From positions 4,781 to 68,780 of the forward strand of contig DAOUEQ010000090.1 of the NCBI GenBank assembly GCA_034430395.1: DNA of 64,000 bases, given 5' to 3'. Of this stretch, positions 8,517-17,670 are shown one piece after another (position 1 is the first letter of the stretch; the number at the start of each line of letters is the position of its first letter). Source of the DNA: Anaerolineales bacterium. GTDB taxonomy: Bacteria > Chloroflexota > Anaerolineae > Anaerolineales > E44-bin32. Under the pieces are notes generated by a model that made no database searches, was not told where the DNA came from, and was given only the letters and a program-made list of their open reading frames with translations. The position numbers were made by a program, and so were the translations under genes.

Positions 8517-11500
8517 ATGCTCAATGACGCGGAAATATTGCAGTATTTAAGCCGGGTCCTGAACGAAGACGATCTCTCCAGCGCAATTAGACGGATCCTG
8601 TATGTGCCAGAGGCGTGGAGCGAGGTTCACAAAAGCGAATTCCTCACCCTGGCTCTGGAGAAGATCGATCGCGCTGGTTGGTCCCCCGCCACTCTCGCTT
8701 CTCTAGCCCTCGGACAATCATCGTTATCTAAGGCGTTGGATTCTCTCTCCTCTGAGCAAGAGAGTCGCATCGCCCATTTACTGGAATTGGATGGTGCTGC
8801 GGAGAACAAGAACCTTGTGGATACCGCACTCCTCTCTGTCACACTTCTGAGAATCGAGACCGATGAAGGGCCAGGTGGGCTGACTGAAACGATACTAAGA
8901 AGCACAGATTTCTGGGCTTCGGCACTTTGCTGCGCGTGGCCATATCTCGAATTTGGGCAAGAAATAATCAATGCACTTATCCGAGAAGGAAGTCAAGCTG
9001 CCATAGCGCTTGTCATACAAATATTGCACGCGAACATGGATGTCAACCGTGCTGTTGAGATTCTTTCAAATCTTGACCATGAATCGACTCAGCGGGTATT
9101 GATCAGTTTAAACCTCAGGCACGAGGATGAGTTGTTCCTGGCTCTTTCAGAATCGATCCGTGATGACCTTCACCCTAATCCAGTAGATGGTCACCAAGAT
9201 CCGAGCGACCTTTCAGAACAGGCAATCATTCTTGCCGCATCAGGGAATTCCGCTGATGCGCAAAAACTCGTCTCTCAAGCCTGGGACCGAACCACATTGA
9301 TCTCAGCGGAGGTCGCCGATCGTTTGGCTGATATTGCCAAAATGGATAATGACCCGGTTCTTGAAGTGGAAGCGCGCAAGCAAGCGCTGCAATTAAAACT
9401 CTCGCCGCGACGGCGCGCCGAACTGGCGAAAGCTTACGTTCAAATAGATCGCCATCAAGATGCCCTCGATCTACTCCAAGAACCCGCGACGGCAGAGGAA
9501 TATATCGCCGCAGGACAAGCTCATCTACTTTCAAACGAGTCTGCGATTGCAGCGGATTGCTTTATTCAAGCCTATCAACACTCACTCAATGCACCTGCGC
9601 TAGAATCCACATGGATGGACTTGCTCTCCCGTGGACTTGAGGCTTCGGGTAAGTATCGCCAGGCGGTCCAGGTCCTCGAGATCCTTTCTGCACTAAAACC
9701 AACCGATGCAGAACTACGACATAATCTAGCCACGTTGCTCGAGAAGGCTGGTGATCCTGATACGGCAGCGGAGCAAGCGGCGTTCGCACTCACGCTGATG
9801 CCGAAATCGCTGCAATTACGCGAAATCTTAGCCCGTAACTTGCAGAAATCCGGCCGCCCAGAACAGGCTATCGCACATTGGCAAGCAATCACCCTGCATG
9901 AGAAACAAGCGCTTGCGAAGTTATGCGCCTGTGCGCTAGAAGCCGGGGATTACACTTTAGCGAAGCAAAGCGCGGAGGAACTCCGCTCAGAAAATCCTGA
10001 GTCAGTGGAAGCCCAAGTCCTTTTGGGAAAAGCTCTTTCTGCCTTGGGAGAGCATCAAGAGGCTGAAGCTCACTTAAAGAAAGTCACACAACTAACCCCT
10101 GCGGATGCCGATGCATGGATTGCTCTTTCGGAATGCCAGCTGTCGACAGGCGGTGAAAATGCTGCCGACAAGACATTAAATGCCGCTCTCGAAGCCTTAC
10201 CAGCGAGCGGAATCATTCATGTCGCGAAGGCAAACTCGCTCCGCAGCAAATCGATGCCAAACGAAGCACTCGAGCATATGCAGAAAGCCGTAGATCTTGA
10301 TCCCGAGAGCGCAGCTTGGCTTGTTGATTATGGGGATCTGCTCAGGGAGCTCGGTCGCATAGAAGAAGCAACGCCAATCCTGCAGTCTGCCCTAGATAAG
10401 CAGCCTGAAAACTGGAAGGCTCGCGAAGCATTAGCTCTCACCTTCGAGAGCCAGGGCGAAATGGCTTCGGCTGCAGAGCTTATCGACAACCTCCCCAGGA
10501 ATCTCGACCCAGATTCACTTTGGAACGCAGGTCGAATTCTCGTCCAGACGCCTTCCGAAAAAGAAGATTCCAAGCTTGTAATTGGTGTAAAGACCCTTGA
10601 AAAGGCCCGTGAGGTTGGATGTGACGACATAGCCATCGATTACTGGATCGCCCATGGCCTTCACCGCCAAGATCTTAACGAGGAAGCCATCAATTATTAC
10701 CAGACCTTCCTGAACAATTCTGAGGAGTCTCCCTGTGAGGCATATCTTCAAGGCGTGCTAGGTCTGGCGGATGCTGCCATCGCAATGGACGACGCACCTT
10801 TGGCAATTGAAACGATGGAGAAGCACCGCGGTCAGTACCCGACTTCACTCGAACTGCTCACCCTTCTGGCGAAAGCACATATGTCTAATAATGACTTCAG
10901 CGTAGCGAAGAATCTCGCTCGCCAGGCTTTCGAGCGAAACCCGATCGAGACTGAAGCACTCTCCATATTAAGCATAGCTGCAGAAGCAGATGGCTCGCTG
11001 GATGAAGCCATCGCCTCACGCAAACAACTCGCCAATCTCCAACCAGAGCAGCCAATGCCCTGGCTAGAACTCGCCCGGCTGACATGGCTCACCGGGAACA
11101 AGGACGCAAGCCGCAACCATTTGGCACGCGGCCTCTCCCTGGGCCGAAGGGATAAGCTAATCCTGCAAAAAGCTGCCACCCTATGCGGCGAGTTCAAATT
11201 CCACCCTTTGCAATTACGATTGCTCCAGAGCGCTTCATCCCTCGATGAGCATGACCCTGACATTCATCAGGAATTGGCACTTGCCGCTGAAAATATCGGT
11301 GATTTTGAACGGGCACAGCGGGCGTGGATGCATATCGCAGATCTTCTTCCAAACGACACTCACCCTCTTGACCGTGCCGCGGATGCACTCTGGAAACTGG
11401 ATAAGAGAACCGCCGCAATTGGCTTGTGGGAACAAGCTACGCAGATCGACTCGGAGAACGCACTGCACTTTACCGCGCTCGGACGAGCTTATATGCAGAT

Positions 11501-13655
11501 TGGGGAGATACAGCGCAGTCTCAACTGCTTTGGTCATGCCCTGGCACTTCAACCGGACGATCCAGCTTTCCTCATCGAAGCCGGTTCAGCAATGACATAT
11601 TCAGGCTCGCTTGAGGAAGGTTTGGGTGTACTACAGAAGGCAGTATCCATCGTGCCGAACGATCCCGTCCCGCTGATTGCTCTCGCCGAAACGCTCCACC
11701 TGCTCGGACGGAATACAGATGCCCGTGCGGCTTTGGATCGTGCGGCGATACTTGCGCCCCTCTCCCTGAAAGGTTTCGCCTTACAGGTCATCACATCTTT
11801 AGAGACAGGAGAACTTGAAAAAGCAAAGGATGCATTCGCCTCGGCTTCCAATTCAGAACCTGAGAATTTAAGCGATGTTCTATGGTCTACACGCAGCGCA
11901 GTGGCACTCGCCGACTGGGTCGCCGCTATTAACAGCATCGAAGAATGGATGGGTACCGTTAAGGACAATCCGGAAGCGGAACTTGAATATCTCCGCGGCC
12001 AGCTTCGGCTGCAGGACTTGCTTTGGGTGTACCGCACAGCGTGCGAGGCAGAGTCACATGCCCCTTCACAGGTTGATTTATCAGGAGAGAAAAAGAACTA
12101 TCTCCGACAGATGATCGATCAATTTAGGTCAGCCAGCTCCAATGAATCGATTGGCGAATTACTCCAGACGTGGTTTGAACTCACCACAGGTGCGAAGGCT
12201 CCTGATGAATGGAAGGTATCTCATAACACACCCCAGCACATCCTTCATGAATTCACCCAGGCGTTTGCCATCGCTCAAATTCGGGCGAACCGGCCAGGGA
12301 AAGCCGAGAATGCTCTCCTGCAAGACAATGGTCCAGGCTATAAGGACCCCTATCACGGTCTCCTACTCGGCATCAGTCGGATGATGCTCGGGAGATTTGA
12401 GGAGGCGCAAGAGAACCTTCAACAGGCTCATGGTAATCCTATGATTCGCCCGCTCGCACTTTTCCTAGAGGCTCAGTTATGGCTGAAAGCGGATGACAAT
12501 GAGAAGGCGATAACAGCGCTCAACAGCGCACTTTCGATCTGGCCCGATGAACCCTCCTGGCATGCCAAGCTCGCTTATCTTTACCAGGAAAACAACAAGC
12601 AGGAAGCAGCGTTACCCCACTGGCAGAATGCCGTTGAACTCGAACCCGAGAACGGGGAGTACCTAACTTCGCTTGCTCGTATCTACCGTGAAGCAGGTCA
12701 ATTGACGGACGCTCAAGCCACATACGCAAAAAGCCTGCAAACGTCATCCGTCACACCCAAAGTCTGGAAGGAGGCTGGCGAGGTCGCCCTTGCAATCGGA
12801 GATGCCGACAAAGCCGAAGCCTGGTTTGAGAGAGCTTGCTCCTTAATGCCCTCTGATGTTGGTGTGATGATCGGATCGTCACAAGCCGCTATGGCCCTTG
12901 GCAATGTGAAACTTGCGCTCGAGCATGCCCGCAAAGCTTATCGACTTGCTCCGAACAACGTGGAAGTCCTCACTGGATTAGGTGACGTTTTCGCTCATCA
13001 AGGTAGGCTTGATAAAGCCATCCAGATTTACGACCGTGCGTTACGCGTCTCCGAAGACGACAAAGCTGTCCAATTAGCCCGCAGTAAACTCCTGCTTCGA
13101 TTAGGGCGAACCGAGGAGGCCGTTGCCGACCTCCGGGTTCTCACGGAGGCAGAATCTGATTTCGAGGACGCGTGGGCTGTTCTTTCCGATGCATACTCTT
13201 CGACCGGCGACAATGATGCTGCTCTCGAAGCTGCCAGCCAGGCGGCGAAACTTGCTCCTCGCAATGTGGAGTACCAACTCCTTCTTGGACGGAAGTTCAA
13301 AGAGTCCGGTCAACTTGACCAGGCGCTTAGCGTATTAACGAAGGCTTCTTCTCTTGCACCCGTTGACGCTCGTATTGCCCGGGAGCTTGGCGATGTCCAT
13401 AAGGCTCGCCGGCAGGATACACAGGCTCTAAATGCTTATCTGCATGCGATTACACTCGACCCAAAGGAAGCGGCAGCCTACAAACAAGCAGGGCTGATCC
13501 TGAAGGTCTTGAAGTCATACCGACAGGCAGCGGATATGTTTGAAAAAGTTGTTTCGATAAATCCCTTGGACCCAGACGCGCTCCATCAGCTTGCTGCTGT
13601 ACGTGCGCTGCAATTAGTCCATGGCGGTATGGAAGAGCAGGCGGTGACCCTATGA
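8517..13655 (+). CDS. Very large TPR-repeat protein (~1700 aa)
   Basis: Dozens of helical repeats with TPR signatures (e.g. AWIALSECQL, WLVDYGDLLRELG, VLTGLGDVFAHQG, AYKQAGLILK). Start 8508 or 8517 uncertain; stop overlaps the next ATG (ATGA). Confidence 0.85.
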   Translation: MLNDAEILQYLSRVLNEDDLSSAIRRILYVPEAWSEVHKSEFLTLALEKIDRAGWSPATLASLALGQSSLSKALDSLSSEQESRIAHLLELDGAAENKNLVDTALLSVTLLRIETDEGPGGLTETILRSTDFWASALCCAWPYLEFGQEIINALIREGSQAAIALVIQILHANMDVNRAVEILSNLDHESTQRVLISLNLRHEDELFLALSESIRDDLHPNPVDGHQDPSDLSEQAIILAASGNSADAQKLVSQAWDRTTLISAEVADRLADIAKMDNDPVLEVEARKQALQLKLSPRRRAELAKAYVQIDRHQDALDLLQEPATAEEYIAAGQAHLLSNESAIAADCFIQAYQHSLNAPALESTWMDLLSRGLEASGKYRQAVQVLEILSALKPTDAELRHNLATLLEKAGDPDTAAEQAAFALTLMPKSLQLREILARNLQKSGRPEQAIAHWQAITLHEKQALAKLCACALEAGDYTLAKQSAEELRSENPESVEAQVLLGKALSALGEHQEAEAHLKKVTQLTPADADAWIALSECQLSTGGENAADKTLNAALEALPASGIIHVAKANSLRSKSMPNEALEHMQKAVDLDPESAAWLVDYGDLLRELGRIEEATPILQSALDKQPENWKAREALALTFESQGEMASAAELIDNLPRNLDPDSLWNAGRILVQTPSEKEDSKLVIGVKTLEKAREVGCDDIAIDYWIAHGLHRQDLNEEAINYYQTFLNNSEESPCEAYLQGVLGLADAAIAMDDAPLAIETMEKHRGQYPTSLELLTLLAKAHMSNNDFSVAKNLARQAFERNPIETEALSILSIAAEADGSLDEAIASRKQLANLQPEQPMPWLELARLTWLTGNKDASRNHLARGLSLGRRDKLILQKAATLCGEFKFHPLQLRLLQSASSLDEHDPDIHQELALAAENIGDFERAQRAWMHIADLLPNDTHPLDRAADALWKLDKRTAAIGLWEQATQIDSENALHFTALGRAYMQIGEIQRSLNCFGHALALQPDDPAFLIEAGSAMTYSGSLEEGLGVLQKAVSIVPNDPVPLIALAETLHLLGRNTDARAALDRAAILAPLSLKGFALQVITSLETGELEKAKDAFASASNSEPENLSDVLWSTRSAVALADWVAAINSIEEWMGTVKDNPEAELEYLRGQLRLQDLLWVYRTACEAESHAPSQVDLSGEKKNYLRQMIDQFRSASSNESIGELLQTWFELTTGAKAPDEWKVSHNTPQHILHEFTQAFAIAQIRANRPGKAENALLQDNGPGYKDPYHGLLLGISRMMLGRFEEAQENLQQAHGNPMIRPLALFLEAQLWLKADDNEKAITALNSALSIWPDEPSWHAKLAYLYQENNKQEAALPHWQNAVELEPENGEYLTSLARIYREAGQLTDAQATYAKSLQTSSVTPKVWKEAGEVALAIGDADKAEAWFERACSLMPSDVGVMIGSSQAAMALGNVKLALEHARKAYRLAPNNVEVLTGLGDVFAHQGRLDKAIQIYDRALRVSEDDKAVQLARSKLLLRLGRTEEAVADLRVLTEAESDFEDAWAVLSDAYSSTGDNDAALEAASQAAKLAPRNVEYQLLLGRKFKESGQLDQALSVLTKASSLAPVDARIARELGDVHKARRQDTQALNAYLHAITLDPKEAAAYKQAGLILKVLKSYRQAADMFEKVVSINPLDPDALHQLAAVRALQLVHGGMEEQAVTL

Positions 13656-16309
13656 TCAATCGAGATAACGTCATTCACCTCTTAGATACAGCGTTTCTCG
13701 CTGGGCGTGCTGATTACGTCAAGCATACAGCGAATGATTGGCTATCGGTATGGCCAGGCGATCTCGATATCCAGCTCATGCTCGCACGAGCGGAGATGGA
13801 GCTTGGTCAATTCCGTGAAGTAATCCAACGCTTGAATTCCGTCCTTTCAACCGACCCGGAATGTGTCAAAGGCTACGAATTAATGGCTAGTTCTTTGCGC
13901 ACGATCGGCGAGGTTGTAAGAGCGCGAATTTATGAAGCTTGTGCTAAGGCCCTCAAAGGTGAGGAGCTGAATTCACAGGATGCCCCAGCCTGGGTTATCC
14001 AGATCCAGTTAGCAATGAAATCCCTTGCCCGAGGAAATGTCCAGACAGCTATTACCGCAGCTCAAGTGGCTCTCACGACCGATCCTGATCTTGCGCTGCC
14101 TACCCTCGTTGCCCTTAATGCATCCAGAGCAGCAGGAAATCAGTCGGCTGTTTCTTCACTAGCAAGAACGGGTCATGAGCGGTGGCCGAATTGTGTCCTT
14201 TTCTTACTAACTTTAGCAAAGGATCTCTTACAAGAAGATAAAGTTGACGAAGGGGTCGCCTACCTTCATCAAGCGGTCAGCCACGATGCAAGCGGCAGGC
14301 TCGCGATGGACGTTCTGGGGAGCGATCATCCTTATCGCAATCTGTGGCCCGAAGAACAAGCGGCAGATTTGAGCAGGCCTATTCCCGCTGATGTAGCTGC
14401 AATCCTTGGCGACAACCGCCTCTCTAGTTCCACAGGTACCGACAAGAAACCTGTTGATGGCATCTCAAATAACGCGCATGACACACGCTCAGTCGAGTCT
14501 ACAATGGACACTAACGAGGAGCCCGCCCTCAAGTCCGAGCCGTCCGAAAACTCCATGCCAGAACCCGAACCATGGGAATCGTTCAGGGGACCTAATCCCG
14601 GGGATATTCGCGAGAGTGTCGAAAAGCCATTCTCCGAAGAGAGTTTGATAGAAATAGAGCAGGATTTCCGTCGGCTCGCTAGCCGCTTGAAATCTCGGCA
14701 GCGAGCACGAGATGAAGACGGGCGCTCACCAGTCTATGTTGTGCTTTCAAGCCATACACGCTTGCAGCAGAGTTACGGTGAAGATGGCTATTTGAGGGTG
14801 AACGATGCAGTTCTCTCTCTGGTAGAAGCGATCCGCCGCCGCTCAGGATGGTCAGCCTACCGTATCTACCCCGACGACCCGAGCACTCTCGACCCATTCG
14901 ATATCTCCCCCTGCGATCCGGGAAATGCATGGGAGATAAAACTCCGTATTGCCGATCTCGATCAATCCCTTGCCAAGCGCGGGGAGATGATCGGGGCTGT
15001 GCTGATCGTCGGCGGTCACGGGACCGTCCCATTCCACCTACTGCCCAATCCCACAGACGACGATGACGAGGTAGTTCCGTCAGACAATCCCTACGCTGCA
15101 ACGGACGAAAATTATTTTGCCCCAGAATGGCCTGTTGGACGCATTCCATTCGATCATGACCTCGACCAACTCGTAACACAATTGGAACGGTCGACCCAAG
15201 ATCACCGTCAGCTGAACCGCTCAATGGGTTTAGTGCAGCGTTTCAACCTCTGGCTTTTCCGCAGATTCACACGGCTATTCAGCGGTAACAAGAGGGTTCT
15301 TGGGTACACCGCAAGCATTTGGCGAAAAGCATCGTTTTCGGTCTTTAAAACGATCGGCGATCCTCGTACGATGATCACATCACCACCAACTGAAGCGGAC
15401 CGGCTGCCATCCGTTGCCATGCGGCCGGCGCGCCTCTCTTATTACAACCTCCATGGTTTGGAGGATGCACCTGAATGGTATGGCCAGCGTGATCCAGTTC
15501 GCGATGATAGCGCCTTGAGAGAGTTCCCTATCGCACTGCGCCCACAAGATGTCGTGAACAGCGGCCGAGCTCCCAAAGTCGTTTTCACTGAAGCATGCTA
15601 TGGGGCAAACTCCATGTCGAAAACCCCAGAATCTGCGCTCAGCCTTAAGTTCCTTTCATCAGGCAGCCGGGCAATTGTAGGTTCGACAAAGATATCCTAT
15701 GGTTCGATCACCCCCCCACTGATCGCTGCCGATCTACTCGGTCGGATATTCTGGCTGAACCTCAATCAGAAGTTGCCTGTCGGGGAGGCGTTACGACGCG
15801 CTAAATTGAAGCTCGCTACCGAGATGCACAACAGGCAAGGTTTCCTCGACGGTGAAGACCAGAAGACTTTGATTTCATTCGTCCTATATGGCGACCCACT
15901 ATTCACCCCTTCAGATATTGCGCCGATGCCGGGCGAGAAATCCGTCATCCGTAGGCGCACCAGACCCAGATTGATGAAAACGGTCTGTGCCCTGGGTGGA
16001 TCTGATGTCTCACCTGACAAATTGAAACCGAGCACCCTTAGGAAAGTCAAGCTCATCGTTTCTCAATATCTTCCGGGTATGCAGGAAGCTACGTGTAAGA
16101 TCCATCCCCAGCATTTCTATTGCTCGGGCGAGGATCATAATTGCCCTACCATGCATATGGGTGCAAAATCTCACGCTTCCTCCGATAGCGGATCGACCAT
16201 CATCACGCTCTCTAAGCACATCCCCGATGGCGAGCGCAACCACCCTCATTTTGCCCGCATCACGCTAGACGCGTCCGGTAAAGTGACCAAGCTGGCGGTC
16301 TCTCGCTAA
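13652..16309 (+). CDS. TPR + clan CD cysteine peptidase (gingipain/C25-like) with small C-terminal domain
   Basis: C25-like motifs VLIVGG..VPF, SDNPYA, PEWPVGRIP; catalytic dyad candidates NLH601G and EAC649YG; terminal GEALRRAK..FVLYGDP. Confidence 0.8.
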   Translation: MINRDNVIHLLDTAFLAGRADYVKHTANDWLSVWPGDLDIQLMLARAEMELGQFREVIQRLNSVLSTDPECVKGYELMASSLRTIGEVVRARIYEACAKALKGEELNSQDAPAWVIQIQLAMKSLARGNVQTAITAAQVALTTDPDLALPTLVALNASRAAGNQSAVSSLARTGHERWPNCVLFLLTLAKDLLQEDKVDEGVAYLHQAVSHDASGRLAMDVLGSDHPYRNLWPEEQAADLSRPIPADVAAILGDNRLSSSTGTDKKPVDGISNNAHDTRSVESTMDTNEEPALKSEPSENSMPEPEPWESFRGPNPGDIRESVEKPFSEESLIEIEQDFRRLASRLKSRQRARDEDGRSPVYVVLSSHTRLQQSYGEDGYLRVNDAVLSLVEAIRRRSGWSAYRIYPDDPSTLDPFDISPCDPGNAWEIKLRIADLDQSLAKRGEMIGAVLIVGGHGTVPFHLLPNPTDDDDEVVPSDNPYAATDENYFAPEWPVGRIPFDHDLDQLVTQLERSTQDHRQLNRSMGLVQRFNLWLFRRFTRLFSGNKRVLGYTASIWRKASFSVFKTIGDPRTMITSPPTEADRLPSVAMRPARLSYYNLHGLEDAPEWYGQRDPVRDDSALREFPIALRPQDVVNSGRAPKVVFTEACYGANSMSKTPESALSLKFLSSGSRAIVGSTKISYGSITPPLIAADLLGRIFWLNLNQKLPVGEALRRAKLKLATEMHNRQGFLDGEDQKTLISFVLYGDPLFTPSDIAPMPGEKSVIRRRTRPRLMKTVCALGGSDVSPDKLKPSTLRKVKLIVSQYLPGMQEATCKIHPQHFYCSGEDHNCPTMHMGAKSHASSDSGSTIITLSKHIPDGERNHPHFARITLDASGKVTKLAVSR

Positions 16310-16328
16310 CATCACGATCCTGGAGATA

Positions 16329-16344
16329 TGGCACGCTTCTTGCA
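16329..16344 (+). promoter_or_regulatory. sigma54 -24/-12 promoter
   Basis: TGGCAC-GCTTC-TTGCA, perfect consensus, intergenic, 30 nt before ATG 16375. Confidence 0.88.
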
Positions 16345-16374
16345 CCTATCTGTGCAGGAAGGAAGCAAAGTGCC

Positions 16375-17670
16375 ATGTCTCAAGGATTTGATCGACTCGG
16401 ATTTCATTATTATCACGACCAGGACCATTACACCCAAGCGGATCTTGACCGCTGGCTGCCAATTTTCCAATCTATCCAAACGAAATGGCTCACACTGAGT
16501 GGATCTTGTTCACTAGCCATCCCCGAGTTCTTCCTGCGCAAACTGATCGAGGCGGATATCAAGCCGATCATTCACCTCGAGGCATCAATCGACCAACTCA
16601 ATGTTCGCTCGCTCAGACCACTTTTCGCTAATTACACGGATTGCGGCATCAAGCACATCGTTCTCCATGACCGCCCGAATATGCGTACGCAGTGGGATCC
16701 CTCGAGCTGGTCTCGTGGTGATCTGGTCGAGCGATTCATCGACCACCTGATCCCCTTACTTGAGTTTCAAACCGAATATGGTCTAAAGCCAATTTTCCCT
16801 CCTCTAGAACCCGGTGGCGATTATTGGGATACCGCATTTCTTCGAACAGCGCTTGGATCCCTCCAGCGCAGAGGGAAAGGTGAATTGCTAAAGGACCTCA
16901 CGTTAGGTCTCTACCAATGGAGCTATGGGAAACCGCTTGATTGGGGAGCTGGAGGCCCAGAAGTCTGGACCTGCGCACAACCATACAACACCCCCACTGA
17001 CAGCCAGGACCATCGGGGTTTTCGAATAACCGAATGGTATTCCGCAATCTGCCGCGAGGTTGTCGGAATTGAACTGCCAATGTTAATACTCGCTGGCGGA
17101 ATTTCCCCTCAGACGCAGGTTGGAAGAACGGGAATAAAACCAGATCTTGATGCAATCACTGAAATTCTTGAGCACGCCAGGTGTGATGACCACCCCGGTC
17201 TGGTACTCAACCTCGCTCTAGACCCACATACGGTTTCCGAAGGGCTGCGAGATAGCTGGGAAGCCATCATTGAAAAACCATCGCCCTCAAGGCGAATAAA
17301 GGCTAAGGTAAAGAAACTGTTTGCTGGTGAAGAAACGAGCACAACAAACGCTACTCATAAGAAAATCATCTCACATTACGTGCTTCTCCCGATGTCAAAT
17401 CACCGCAACTTAACCCAGGATTGGGTAAATGTAGGACCCTTTGCGTTAGCCGTGAAACCAGTTGTTGGTTTCTCTGTGGGAGAAGCCCAATTCGCCGAAC
17501 GAGTGACGATCATCGGCCACGAGACGGATATTCCTGCTGCTATCGAAGACCAACTGCGCAGTGCCGGTTGTGATGTCAACCGCCTCCGAATGGCAGATGC
17601 GTCAGAGCTTCTTGTTATGGCGGCCGAACTAGCTTCAAAGAACCTCACTTCTGGAGTTGTCAATGCCTGA
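16375..17670 (+). CDS. Degenerate glycoside-hydrolase-like (clan GH-A TIM barrel) protein with small C-terminal alpha/beta domain
   Basis: IVLHDRPN aligns by eye to the V-x-x-NEPN motif and LPMLILAGG to LP-x-x-xTE-x-G; family assignment by pattern only. Confidence 0.5.
   Translation: MSQGFDRLGFHYYHDQDHYTQADLDRWLPIFQSIQTKWLTLSGSCSLAIPEFFLRKLIEADIKPIIHLEASIDQLNVRSLRPLFANYTDCGIKHIVLHDRPNMRTQWDPSSWSRGDLVERFIDHLIPLLEFQTEYGLKPIFPPLEPGGDYWDTAFLRTALGSLQRRGKGELLKDLTLGLYQWSYGKPLDWGAGGPEVWTCAQPYNTPTDSQDHRGFRITEWYSAICREVVGIELPMLILAGGISPQTQVGRTGIKPDLDAITEILEHARCDDHPGLVLNLALDPHTVSEGLRDSWEAIIEKPSPSRRIKAKVKKLFAGEETSTTNATHKKIISHYVLLPMSNHRNLTQDWVNVGPFALAVKPVVGFSVGEAQFAERVTIIGHETDIPAAIEDQLRSAGCDVNRLRMADASELLVMAAELASKNLTSGVVNA

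Noticed and set aside
14679-15224. Long antisense ORFs in the track (e.g. 181 aa here, 241 aa at 27084, 183 aa at 23275)
   Set aside because: They lie opposite well-supported genes, have no recognisable motifs or RBS, and are expected shadow ORFs.
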